Shown: piece after piece, positions 40,620 to 50,043 of the stretch
Layout of the letters: the number at the start of each line of letters is the position of its first letter
How positions within the stretch are numbered: position 1 is the first letter of the stretch
Source: an uncultured Eubacteriales bacterium
Lineage (GTDB): Bacteria > Bacillota > Clostridia > TANB77 > UBA1234
Assembly (NCBI GenBank): GCA_964515475.1
Contig: CAZEVD010000003.1
Location: 521 to 64,520 of the forward strand
Direction of reading: 5' to 3'
DNA: 64,000 bases
The notes under the pieces: model-generated
Told to the model about the DNA's origin: nothing
Seen by the model: the letters and a program-made list of their open reading frames with translations, nothing else
The model's database searches: none
Made by a program: the position numbers and the translations under genes

Positions 40620-42983
40620 TTAAGAATCTCTTACTGTTGCTTCATATTCACTTGTTACTTTGTCGATAACTTTATTGAATATTGCAAGTACCTCTTCATC
40701 ACTTAAAGTTTTTTCTTTGTCATTGAATGTTAATGAGTAAGCAATAGATTTTTTGCCTTCACCAACATTAACACCTTCATAAACATCGAATACTTCAAGA
40801 TTAATTAATTTCTTACCAGCAGCTTTTCTAATGATAGCTTCAATGTCAGCTGATTTAGCATCTTTAGATACAACGAATGCAACGTCTTTAGATACATTAG
40901 GGAATTTAGAAATTTCTTTGTATTTCATATTTTCATGATTTGCATTTTCTAATTCTTCAAGATTTAATTCCATTACATATACATTATCCTTAGTTATATT
41001 TGGATGAATCTTTCCTATTATACCTAGTTTCTTACCATCTACTACGATAGTTGCGGCTTGACCAGGATGTAATTCAGCAGGAATATCTTCAACTACTAAA
41101 GAATATCTATTCTTGAATCCTAAGTAATCAAGTAATTCTTCCATAACACCTTTTAATACATAGAAATCTACAACTTTCTTTTCAAGACCTACAGTATATA
41201 CACCAGTCATTAAAGCAGCAAGTGATAAGTGTTCACCGTATTGACCATTAATTTTATGGAAGCTCTTTCCGATTTCAAATAATGAAATATCTTTTTCATT
41301 ACGAGCTTTGTTATATTCATAAACCATCTTTAATGATGGAATTAAACTATTACGTAATGCATTTCTTTCTTCTGTCATTGGGTCTAATATTTTTACAACT
41401 TCAAAATCCATTGTTGAATATTTAGGAACCTCAGCAACTGGAATTAATGCATAACTTAATGTTTCGTTCAATCCAAGTTCAACCATTTTGTTTCTAGCTG
41501 ATCTCTTGAATTTATCATAACTACCTGGAGTAACTTCAAGAATCATTTTCTTACCTTGTATATTATCCATTCCATAGTAACGACCGATGTCATGAATCAC
41601 GTCTTCTTTGATTTGTAAATCCCATCTTCTTGAAGGAATCTTAACAATAATATTTTCGTTATTAGCTTCAGCTTCAATTCTTAATCTCTTTAAGATGTGA
41701 TAAATTGTATCGTTTGATACATCTATTCCAAGAATATCTCTTACAGATTGTATTGAGAATTCTAATACTCTATCATCTGAATTTGTTGTGTTATATTCAC
41801 ACATACCGCCAACAACTTTAGCGTCAGCATATTTTTCTAACAATGCACAGCTTCTTTCGATAGCAAGTAATGTTCTCTTTGGATCTAATCCTTTTTCAAA
41901 TCTGTTACTAGCTTCACTTCTTAAAATTTTCTTAGAAGTTAATCTTACTTTTACAGGGTTGAATATAGCAGCTTCAATAACGATATTCTTTGTATCATTT
42001 TCAACTTCTGTAGATAAACCACCCATAACACCTGCAAGACCGATTGCTTTTTCTTTATCTGCAATTACGATATCGTTTGTAGATAAAGTTCTTTCTTGTT
42101 CATCAAGTGTTGTAAGCTTTTCATTTTCTTCAGCCATTCTTACAACTAAAGTATCGCCTAATCTATCAGCATCATAATAATGTAAAGGTTGACCAACTTC
42201 TAACATTACGTAGTTAGAAATATCTACAACGTTATTTATAGGTCTGATACCAGAAGCGATAAGTCTATTTTGCATCCACTTTGGACTTTCTTTAATTACT
42301 ACATTTTCAACTTTTTTAGCATAGAATAAAGAACAGTTTTCTGTTTCAATTTTCAAATTAAATTTCTTTGAAAAATCATCATCAGATTCTGTATAGTTTG
42401 TATCAACTTCATTCATTGGTAAATCATATAAAGCAGCAACTTCATAAGCCATACCTAATATAGAAAGTAAGTCACCTCTATTTGCAGTAAGTTCAAAATC
42501 AATTACTTCATCATCCATACCAAGGTATTTAACTGGATCTCCGCCAATTTCAGCATCTTCACCAAGTTCGGCAATACCTTCTATATCTTCAGGTTTTAGG
42601 AATTTGTGTTCTAAACCAAGTTCTTCAACTGAGCAAAGCATACCACAAGATTCTACACCTCTAATTTTTCCTTTTTTAATTGTTCCACCTGGTAATTTAG
42701 CATTAACTAATGCAACGATTACTTTGATACCAACTCTTACGTTTGGAGCACCACAAACAATATTTAAAACTTCTGTACCAACATCAACTTTACATACATG
42801 AAGGTGATCAGAATCAGGATGCATTTCACATTCCAAAACTTTACCAATAGTTAAACCTTCAACTTCAAGAAGTTTTTTGGCACTATCATATTCGTTTCCT
42901 ATGTTTGTCATGTCTTCGCCAAGAGTAACCATATCAACAGGAACTTTTATATAATCTCTTAAAAAATTAAGACTTAGTTTCAT
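40620..42983 (-). CDS. pheT: Phenylalanine--tRNA ligase beta subunit
   Basis: 787 aa. tRNA-binding, B3/B4, B5 and FDX-ACB domain order. Downstream of pheS. Confidence 0.95.
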   Translation of the reverse strand: MKLSLNFLRDYIKVPVDMVTLGEDMTNIGNEYDSAKKLLEVEGLTIGKVLECEMHPDSDHLHVCKVDVGTEVLNIVCGAPNVRVGIKVIVALVNAKLPGGTIKKGKIRGVESCGMLCSVEELGLEHKFLKPEDIEGIAELGEDAEIGGDPVKYLGMDDEVIDFELTANRGDLLSILGMAYEVAALYDLPMNEVDTNYTESDDDFSKKFNLKIETENCSLFYAKKVENVVIKESPKWMQNRLIASGIRPINNVVDISNYVMLEVGQPLHYYDADRLGDTLVVRMAEENEKLTTLDEQERTLSTNDIVIADKEKAIGLAGVMGGLSTEVENDTKNIVIEAAIFNPVKVRLTSKKILRSEASNRFEKGLDPKRTLLAIERSCALLEKYADAKVVGGMCEYNTTNSDDRVLEFSIQSVRDILGIDVSNDTIYHILKRLRIEAEANNENIIVKIPSRRWDLQIKEDVIHDIGRYYGMDNIQGKKMILEVTPGSYDKFKRSARNKMVELGLNETLSYALIPVAEVPKYSTMDFEVVKILDPMTEERNALRNSLIPSLKMVYEYNKARNEKDISLFEIGKSFHKINGQYGEHLSLAALMTGVYTVGLEKKVVDFYVLKGVMEELLDYLGFKNRYSLVVEDIPAELHPGQAATIVVDGKKLGIIGKIHPNITKDNVYVMELNLEELENANHENMKYKEISKFPNVSKDVAFVVSKDAKSADIEAIIRKAAGKKLINLEVFDVYEGVNVGEGKKSIAYSLTFNDKEKTLSDEEVLAIFNKVIDKVTSEYEATVRDS

Positions 42984-43002
42984 ATCAATCTATATCTCCC
43001 TT

Positions 43003-44049
43003 CTACACATTTTCAACGTCTGTTTCATCGAATTGTTTTAAGAATCTAATATCGTTTGTATACATGTAACGAATATCAGGAATTGCATATCTAAACATTG
43101 CAAGTCTATCAAGACCTGTACCGAATGCGAATCCAGTAAATTTATCTGGATCATATCCACCCATTCTTAAAACGTTAGGATGAACCATACCAGCACCAAG
43201 TAATTCTATCCAACCTGTTTTCTTACAAAGTGGACAACCTTTACCACCACATTTGAAGCAAGTTACATCAACTTCACAAGATGGTGATGTGAATGGGAAA
43301 TAACTTGGTCTGAAACGTACTTTAGTTTCTTCACCTAAAAGTTTCTTTGCAAATATTTCAAGTGTACCTTTCAAATCTGCAAGAGAAATATTTTTATCAA
43401 TTACTAAACCTTCAACTTGTCCGAATTGATGAGAGTGAGTTGCATCATCATCTCTTCTATAAGTTTTACCAGGACAAATAACCCTGATAGGAGATTTTTC
43501 TGTATTAGCTTGCATAACTCTTGATTGAGATGCAGATGTTTGAGTACGAAGTAAATACTCTTCATCAATATAGAAAGTATCTTGAGCATCACGAGCAGGA
43601 TGTCCAACTGTATAGTTTAAAAGTCTGAAACAATGTTCATCATCTTCAAGTTCTGGACCATCTACAACGTCATATCCCATTGATACGAATAAATCTTCAA
43701 CTTCTTCAATTATTCTATTAAAAGGATGTTTAGAACCTCTCATGTTTTTAACAGAAGGTAAAGAAATATCAATAGTTTCTTCTTTTAATTTTCTATTAAC
43801 AGCTTCTTCTTCTAAACGTGTTTTGATAGTTTCATAACCTGTATTAAAAGCTTCTCTTAATACATTAACTTGCATACCATACTCTTTCTTTTCTTCAGCA
43901 GGTACATCTTTAATGCCACTATTAAGCTCCGTTATGATACCTTTCTTTCCTTGGTATTGAACTTTTAAATCATTTAATTCTTGCATTGTTTTAACAGCAT
44001 CGAATTTTTCTAAAAGTTCTTTTTTCAATAGTTGAATCTTCTCTTCCAT
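43003..44049 (-). CDS. pheS: Phenylalanine--tRNA ligase alpha subunit
   Basis: Class II aaRS motifs 1-3 (for example FRPSYFPFTSPS, GFAFGTGLDRLAM). 348 aa. Confidence 0.95.
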   Translation of the reverse strand: MEEKIQLLKKELLEKFDAVKTMQELNDLKVQYQGKKGIITELNSGIKDVPAEEKKEYGMQVNVLREAFNTGYETIKTRLEEEAVNRKLKEETIDISLPSVKNMRGSKHPFNRIIEEVEDLFVSMGYDVVDGPELEDDEHCFRLLNYTVGHPARDAQDTFYIDEEYLLRTQTSASQSRVMQANTEKSPIRVICPGKTYRRDDDATHSHQFGQVEGLVIDKNISLADLKGTLEIFAKKLLGEETKVRFRPSYFPFTSPSCEVDVTCFKCGGKGCPLCKKTGWIELLGAGMVHPNVLRMGGYDPDKFTGFAFGTGLDRLAMFRYAIPDIRYMYTNDIRFLKQFDETDVENV

Positions 44050-44059
44050 TTGATTTCCT

Positions 44060-44345
44060 CCTTTTATATTTGAAAGATTATTATTTTTATATAAACAAAA
44101 ATCCCAAACACAATTAAATGTGTTTGGGACGAATTAACTCGCGGTACCACCCAACTTCCGATTTTATAAATCGACAGCTCGTAGGAAGATTAACGCTCTT
44201 CGCACGTACTAATTTCTTAGCAAGACTCCCACATCCGAAATTCATTTACATGTTTATCTTGCAAAGGCTCTCAGCCGGTGACCTTCACTTTCTTTAAAGA
44301 ACTCACGTAAACTACTAAATATGTGATCTTTGTCAAAAACTAAAA
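44060..44345 (-). promoter_or_regulatory. T-box riboswitch leader of pheST (Phe-specific expected)
   Basis: Conserved T-box sequence TTGGGTGGTACCGCGAG (plus-strand complement at 44138-44154). Followed by the terminator hairpin CCCAAACACATTTAATTGTGTTTGGG and a U-run (44097-44130). Promoter TTGACT-N17-TATTAT at 44348-44376. Confidence 0.85.
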
Positions 44346-44390
44346 CTATAATACTATCTTTTATAAGAAAAGTCAAATTATTTTTCAAGA

Positions 44391-44420
44391 TGTCCAAACG
44401 AGGACGTCCCTAGTTGGACA
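44391..44420. repeat. 30-nt palindromic element TGTCCA-N5-GGACGTCCC-N4-TGGACA (copy 2)
   Basis: Same architecture as copy 1 at 14688-14717. Lies 15 bp upstream of the pheS leader -35 and directly abuts the high-GC island's terminator. Confidence 0.6.
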
Positions 44421-44427
44421 AAAAAAA

Positions 44428-44450
44428 CGGGCCCCCGAAGGGGCCCTGCT
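44428..44450 (-). terminator. GC-rich terminator of the island gene
   Basis: GGGCCCCTTCGGGGGCCC followed by T8 on the minus strand. Confidence 0.7.
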
Positions 44451-44475
44451 CACCAACCGGGAGCGAGTGCTTGGA

Positions 44476-45090
44476 TTATTTGGACTTTTCAACCAAGTCC
44501 ATTGCATCCTCGAGCGAGTAGCCCAGAGCCATAAGACGCTCGATCTTTTCCTTTGCCTTATCAACAGGCTTCGGTGCAGCAGGTTTCGGTGCATCCTCAT
44601 AGATATTCTTATCAGGATTGTACACCTTACCAGCCGGCGCCTTGGTCGGGTCGAGTTTCACACGCTCACCATAACCAACAATCTCGTTACCATCCTTATC
44701 CTTTACGGTCAGGAGAGTCCAAGCGTTCTTGGCAGGATCTGCGAGCAGTTCGTCTGCGGGCTTTTTGAGCATTGCATCATCGTCATCTTCAGGTTCTTCT
44801 TCAACCTCAGGCTTTTCCTTGCGGAATCTCCCGAAAATATCACAGAAGAGTTCGGAAATCGAAGTATCGCGGATTGCGGCTACGACTTTCAGACCGATGA
44901 TTACGAATGCTGCGATGCGGAGAATCGTCTTGGCTGCTGCCGGGATCGGAATCAGATCGGGGATGAACAGCCATACGAGGATTACTGCGATTGCGCCAAT
45001 GAAGGCAAACTTTTCCCAGCGGGGAATATTGTTCTTCTTAGCGGGTGCGGAAGGGGTTGCGGTGGGTTTACTTGTCTTCTTCTTAGCCAT
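44476..45090 (-). CDS. High-GC hypothetical two-TM membrane protein with an acidic linker and a C-terminal UBA/RuvA-domain-III-like helix-hairpin (204 aa)
   Basis: AGGAG RBS 7 nt before the ATG. Lys-rich N-terminus and two hydrophobic helices. Acidic stretch EVEEEPEDDDD. C-terminus KIERLMALGYSLEDAMDLVEKSK. Codon usage is strongly GC-biased, unlike all neighbours. Confidence 0.75.
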   Translation of the reverse strand: MAKKKTSKPTATPSAPAKKNNIPRWEKFAFIGAIAVILVWLFIPDLIPIPAAAKTILRIAAFVIIGLKVVAAIRDTSISELFCDIFGRFRKEKPEVEEEPEDDDDAMLKKPADELLADPAKNAWTLLTVKDKDGNEIVGYGERVKLDPTKAPAGKVYNPDKNIYEDAPKPAAPKPVDKAKEKIERLMALGYSLEDAMDLVEKSK

Positions 45091-45248
45091 GGTAGGCTCC
45101 TTTCTGCGCCTTTAGCGCTTGCAAAAAATGTCACTGAATCCAAGCTTTAGAAATAACGGGAAAAACCCATCATCTCATGGAGTCTATAATGCAGTCAGTG
45201 CGTCCACAAAATATATCCAATACCACAAATCGTTATGATACATCTTAT

Positions 45249-45277
45249 ATTTTAGCATCTTCTCCAGTTTTTGTCAA
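45249..45277 (-). promoter_or_regulatory. AT-rich consensus promoter TTGACA-N17-TAAAAT driving the high-GC island gene
   Basis: Spacing counted. Lies exactly at the AT-to-GC composition boundary, about 150 nt upstream of the island ATG. Confidence 0.55.
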
Positions 45278-45366
45278 CATAACAACTCTACATTCGCGCT
45301 CTATAAAACAAATTTTAGTACCTATTTTATGTATTAACTTTTTCTCTTTATATTCAAAACATAAAA

Positions 45367-45393
45367 AGATACAGAGAAATATTCTCTGTATCT
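45367..45393 (-). terminator. Terminator of the DUF512 gene
   Basis: Hairpin GATACAGAGAA..TTCTCTGTATC followed by a T-run on the minus strand. Confidence 0.65.
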
Positions 45394-45414
45394 CTAAAAA
45401 ACGAACTATATAAT

Positions 45415-46725
45415 TTATTTTCCATCTATAATTGCACTTATAAAGCAGCAACCCAAAGAATCTGTTTTCACGGCTTTTATATTCAATGCCTTTTCTACTT
45501 CTTCTAATGTTACATTATCTAAGAAGATATCTGCATCATCTTTAAGCATTTTTCTATCTAATATTAAATATTCACCCAGCTCTTTATCCTTTAAACCAGC
45601 TATCAAATCTCCTCCAGTAATTAACCCTGTAACTGTTATTTCTGGTCCAAAAAAGTGATTTTCTATGGCATATACATTAATTTTTAAGCCTTCAAATTTT
45701 TGTTCTAAAATATTGGCTTTTTCGCGGATAAACTCATGAGCACCTTTACCTGTTGCCAACGAAACCGTTTTGTTTATAACTCTAGCTTTCTCTTTCTTTA
45801 AAGCTTCTTCAAAATTTGCATTAAAATAGGCCAATAAACCTATCCCATCTTCTAATTGTTCAAAATTTTCGTATCTTTCATATTCAGGAATATGTCTTTC
45901 AGCTTTTATATAAAATTCGTCTGCGCAGAAAACTATATTAGAATCAAAGTCCTTTTTGAATTTTTCTTGCCATTGCTCAATTTGCTCAATAGCTTTAGCA
46001 GCAGATTCCTTCGTAAAGCCTTCCAGCTTAGCTAATCCTTCTCTATGTTTTGTAAGTCCAACTGGCACAATTGCTATAGACAAAACATTTGGATAAAAAC
46101 TTGCAAGTTCTCTAATTGTTTTATCCAAAACCTCTCCGTCGTTTATCCCTGGGCATAAAACCACTTGCGTATTTAGCTGTATATCATGCTCCGTTAAATA
46201 TTTGATGTAATCTAATATCTTACCTGCATTTCTATTATTAAGCATTTTAACTCTAACATCAGGATCTGTCGCGTGAACAGAAACATTTATTGGACTTAAA
46301 TGATAGTTTATTATTCTATCTAAATCTCTATATCCAGAATTTGTAAAAGTAACATAGTTACCCGTCATAAAAGAAAGTCTGAAATCATCGTCTTTAAATA
46401 TTAAAGTTTCTCTAACGTCAAGTGGCAGTTGATCCATAAAACAAAAAATACATTTATTAGCACAATTTCTTGGTTTATCTATTAATTGTTCTTCAAAAAC
46501 TAAGCCAATATCTTCATTTTCTTCTTTTTCGATTTCAACATCCCAAACTTCACCATCTGGCTTTTCAATTTCTAAAGTTACTACTTCATCAAAAATTTGA
46601 AACTTATAATCTAATATGTCATTTATCTCAACACTATTCACAGAAAGCAAATAATCTCCACCAGAAATTTCCATTTCTTCAGCAATTGAGCCTTTTTCCA
46701 CATCTTTTATTAATATTCTTTTCAT
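45415..46725 (-). CDS. PDZ-domain radical-SAM protein (DUF512 family)
   Basis: N-terminal PDZ, then a CxxxCxxC radical-SAM motif (CANKCIFC) and a DUF512-like C-terminus. 436 aa. Confidence 0.75.
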   Translation of the reverse strand: MKRILIKDVEKGSIAEEMEISGGDYLLSVNSVEINDILDYKFQIFDEVVTLEIEKPDGEVWDVEIEKEENEDIGLVFEEQLIDKPRNCANKCIFCFMDQLPLDVRETLIFKDDDFRLSFMTGNYVTFTNSGYRDLDRIINYHLSPINVSVHATDPDVRVKMLNNRNAGKILDYIKYLTEHDIQLNTQVVLCPGINDGEVLDKTIRELASFYPNVLSIAIVPVGLTKHREGLAKLEGFTKESAAKAIEQIEQWQEKFKKDFDSNIVFCADEFYIKAERHIPEYERYENFEQLEDGIGLLAYFNANFEEALKKEKARVINKTVSLATGKGAHEFIREKANILEQKFEGLKINVYAIENHFFGPEITVTGLITGGDLIAGLKDKELGEYLILDRKMLKDDADIFLDNVTLEEVEKALNIKAVKTDSLGCCFISAIIDGK

Positions 46726-46804
46726 GATTTCACCTTCTTATTATGTAAATTCGCCAATTAATTAAAAAAGCAACTTAAATCATTATAAGTTGCTTTTTCT
46801 CTTC

Positions 46805-46999
46805 TTATTCAGCTGCTTTTTTCTCTTTAACAGCTACTACCTCTTTACCATTATAGTAACCACAGTTTTTGCAAACTCTGTGTGGTTCTATTGGTTCGTG
46901 ACAATGTGAACATTCAGCAAAACTTGGTTTTTCTAATTTCCAAGTTGATCTTCTTAATCCAGTTCTAGCTTTTGACCATCTTCTTTTTGGTTGTGCCAT
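46805..46999 (-). CDS. rpmF: 50S ribosomal protein L32
   Basis: MAQPKRRWSKARTGLRR...CxxC...CxxC L32 signature. 64 aa. Confidence 0.9.
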   Translation of the reverse strand: MAQPKRRWSKARTGLRRSTWKLEKPSFAECSHCHEPIEPHRVCKNCGYYNGKEVVAVKEKKAAE

Positions 47000-47107
47000 T
47001 CTTATTCCCTCCTCTTAAGGTGTTTTTTTATGTAAGTGCGCTTTTCAGAGTGTTTAGCCTCCTTATACACACGTAAAACGACTAAACTCCAAGTGTCAAC
47101 GTACGAA

Positions 47108-47136
47108 ATTATATCTTGTTTTCGTTACTTTGTCAA
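47108..47136 (-). promoter_or_regulatory. Perfect consensus sigma-A promoter TTGACA-N17-TATAAT upstream of rpmF
   Basis: Spacing counted. Followed by a leader of about 100 nt before the rpmF RBS. Confidence 0.6.
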
Positions 47137-47159
47137 GCATTTGAGTTCATCCAAATTAT

Positions 47160-47393
47160 CTATTTTTTATTTATAGGATAAAACTTAATTGAAGCATCTG
47201 GTATTGCCCCAGAATACTTAGGCTCATCTATACTTAAATCAAATGAGGCAATCGTTTTGTATGGTTTTACAGAATATGAAGGCGCATCTAACCCTTGTGC
47301 TACTGTTGAAGCAGTTTCAACAGGTGCAGGTAACCCTTTATTCTTTTTCGCCAATCCAAAAGATACAAAAAACTTACTAAATACGTTTCCCAT
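47160..47393 (-). CDS. Hypothetical protein (77 aa)
   Basis: AGAAGGGG RBS 9 nt upstream. Sits where yceD/DUF177 usually lies upstream of rpmF, but is too short and lacks the CxxC pairs. Confidence 0.45.
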   Translation of the reverse strand: MGNVFSKFFVSFGLAKKNKGLPAPVETASTVAQGLDAPSYSVKPYKTIASFDLSIDEPKYSGAIPDASIKFYPINKK

Positions 47394-47479
47394 AAGTGAT
47401 TTCCCCTTCTCTTTTGTATTTCTTGTTATATTTTATCTTTAAAAGCTTAATATTGCAAGGTTTATTTTAAAATTCTCGA

Positions 47480-48880
47480 TTATAAGCCATTTACAAGTTC
47501 CTTGAATTTATTGCCTCTTTCTTCAAAATTTCTAAACATATCAAAACTAGCACTTGCTGGTGAAAAGAATATTATATCGCCAGGCTTTGCTTCTTCTCTT
47601 GCTACATTTATTGTTTCTGTTAAAGACTCACATTCCACTATTTTTAAATCTTTTATTCCTCTAGCCTCCAAAGCTTTTAATGTCGCCTCTTTTATTTTTG
47701 TTTTTGTTTGTCCCATCAAAATAAGTGTTTTTACATGATTTACAACAAACTCTCCCATGCTAGTGTAATCTAAATGTTTATCATATCCGCCTGCAATCAA
47801 GATAACTTTTTCTTTAAAACTTGCAAGTCCTGCGATTGTACGTGTAGGGCTGCTTCCTATAGAATCATTGTACCATTTAGCTCCATCTAATTCTCTTACA
47901 AATTCCATCCTATGTGAAACACCTCTAAAAGAAGATAGCACTTTTTTTATAGAATCTAGCGAAACTAAATCTCTAACAGCAGAAATTGCTGTACATGCAT
48001 TTTCGATATTATGCATACCTAATAATGAAATATCGTTTATATTTATTACAGATTCTTTTCTACCATCTGTTACTATTTTTATTTCATTTTCCTCTAGAAT
48101 TACGCCATTTTCTAATTTTGCTTTTGTACTAAAGAATCTAACCTCACCTCTTGCGTCTTCTGCAAAAAGATTTGTTATTTCGTTATCATAATTTAATACG
48201 ACAACTCCGTTCTCAGATTGAGTTCTAAATATATTCTTTTTAGCATCTATGTATTCTTCGTAGGATTTATGAACATCTAAATGATTTGGAGAAACATTAG
48301 TAACTACAGCAATGTTTGGACTTTTTTTCAGAGTCATAAGTTGGAAACTACTAAGCTCTAAAACGACTAAATCTTCCGGTCTCATTTTATCAATTTCAGC
48401 AAAAAGCGGTGTTCCTATGTTACCACCCAAATAACAATTATAACCTTCTTCTTTTAATATGTGATGAATTAACGTTGTTGTCGTAGTTTTTCCATCACTA
48501 CCTGTAACAGCTAAAATTTTAGATGGACAAAGTTCAATAAGCATCTCTATTTCAGAAGTAAGCTTAGCACCTCTTTCTAATTCTTTTTCGATAACAGGAA
48601 TATCCGGTCTCATTCCTGGTGTTCTAAAAATAATATCATATCCACGAAGCTTTTCTAAATATCCTTCACCTAATGAAAAATTAACACCTTGTAGTGTGTA
48701 TTCTTCAATCAATGCTTTGCCTAACTCTTCTTCGCTCTTTTTATCAAATACCGTAATATTAGCATCTAAATCCATTAAATATCTAATAAGGGGGGTATTG
48801 CTAATACCCATCCCCATAATAGCTACATATTTATCTTTTATATATGACTTAAATTCTTCTAGTTTTTCATTTCTATACAT
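47480..48880 (-). CDS. murD: UDP-N-acetylmuramoylalanine--D-glutamate ligase
   Basis: Mur ligase family with an N-terminal Rossmann domain and GSDGKTTTT P-loop. 466 aa. Confidence 0.85.
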   Translation of the reverse strand: MYRNEKLEEFKSYIKDKYVAIMGMGISNTPLIRYLMDLDANITVFDKKSEEELGKALIEEYTLQGVNFSLGEGYLEKLRGYDIIFRTPGMRPDIPVIEKELERGAKLTSEIEMLIELCPSKILAVTGSDGKTTTTTLIHHILKEEGYNCYLGGNIGTPLFAEIDKMRPEDLVVLELSSFQLMTLKKSPNIAVVTNVSPNHLDVHKSYEEYIDAKKNIFRTQSENGVVVLNYDNEITNLFAEDARGEVRFFSTKAKLENGVILEENEIKIVTDGRKESVININDISLLGMHNIENACTAISAVRDLVSLDSIKKVLSSFRGVSHRMEFVRELDGAKWYNDSIGSSPTRTIAGLASFKEKVILIAGGYDKHLDYTSMGEFVVNHVKTLILMGQTKTKIKEATLKALEARGIKDLKIVECESLTETINVAREEAKPGDIIFFSPASASFDMFRNFEERGNKFKELVNGL

Positions 48881-48893
48881 ATCTTCACTCCTA

Positions 48894-50009
48894 TTAATCT
48901 CCCAAGCAAACTCCTATACGTCTAGCTGTTGTTATCCAATCACCATCTAAATCAACTGGTTTGATATTTGAAGAAGCTGCACCAATTTTTGTTTCTTTTC
49001 CAGCAACCTCATCCAAAGGTACATGTGTAATTTTTCCGTTTGTGAATGTAACCATTTCATTAAATTTTCCATCAATTGCAAGTTGCATTGCCATAGAACC
49101 ATATTCAGTAGAAAGTATTCTATCATATGCACATGTATTTCCACCTCTTTGCAAATATCCAAGAGTCGTATTTCTTGCTTCAATACCTGTAAGCTTTTCT
49201 ATTTCTTTTGCTACATAATCTCCAGCACCACCAAGTCTTACTGAGTCTGGACTATCTCCTACAGTCGCTTTAACCATTAATTCTCCATCAACAGGTTTAG
49301 CTCCTTCTGCAACAACTATAATACTATGTCTTTTTCCTAGTTCTCTTCTTTGTCTTATTTTTTCCGCAACTTTATTTAAATCATATGGTATTTCTGGTAT
49401 TAAAATTGTATCTGCTCCACCAGCAATTCCTGCAGCTAGAGCAATCCAACCTGCATATCTTCCCATAACTTCAAGAATTAAAACTCTTCCATGAGATTCT
49501 GCAGTTGTTCTAATTCTATCTATAGCTTCAGTTGCAACATCTACCGCTGTATAAAAGCCGAAAGTTATATCTGTATGTGGAACATCATTATCAATTGTTT
49601 TTGGAACACCAATAACATTTAAACCTCTTCTAGTAAAATCCCTTCCTGATTTTAAAGAACCATCTCCACCAACAACAATCAAACAATCAAAATTATCTTT
49701 TTTCAATCTTTCTACAATTTCAACAGATTTATCAATATATTCTGTTTCGCCTTTTTCATTTTTTACAGGAATAGCAAAAGCATTTGTTTTGTTATTAGAA
49801 CCTAAAACTGTTCCACCTTTTGAAATAATACCTCCTGTAACACGAGGATCTAATTTGATGTATCTGTTTTCAATCAAACCTTTGTATCCTTCAAGAAAAC
49901 CATACACTTCAACACCTGCATATTCCGCAGTTTTTACAACACCTCTTATTACAGCATTAAGACCTGGGCAATCTCCACCAGCAGTTAAAATACCAACTTT
50001 TTTTACCAT
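48894..50009 (-). CDS. pfkA: 6-phosphofructokinase (long-form PFK; ATP- versus PPi-dependence unresolved)
   Basis: GILTAGGDCPGLNAVIRG and GGDGS motifs, MGR motif. 371 aa. Confidence 0.85.
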   Translation of the reverse strand: MVKKVGILTAGGDCPGLNAVIRGVVKTAEYAGVEVYGFLEGYKGLIENRYIKLDPRVTGGIISKGGTVLGSNNKTNAFAIPVKNEKGETEYIDKSVEIVERLKKDNFDCLIVVGGDGSLKSGRDFTRRGLNVIGVPKTIDNDVPHTDITFGFYTAVDVATEAIDRIRTTAESHGRVLILEVMGRYAGWIALAAGIAGGADTILIPEIPYDLNKVAEKIRQRRELGKRHSIIVVAEGAKPVDGELMVKATVGDSPDSVRLGGAGDYVAKEIEKLTGIEARNTTLGYLQRGGNTCAYDRILSTEYGSMAMQLAIDGKFNEMVTFTNGKITHVPLDEVAGKETKIGAASSNIKPVDLDGDWITTARRIGVCLGD

Positions 50010-50043
50010 TTACTTTTCCTCCTTAGTTTTTTATACAATGTTA

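Noticed and set aside
47160-47393. 77-aa ORF as a truncated YceD/DUF177
   Set aside because: Its position upstream of rpmF suggested DUF177, but the sequence lacks the paired CxxC motifs and is half the expected length. It is kept only as a hypothetical protein.
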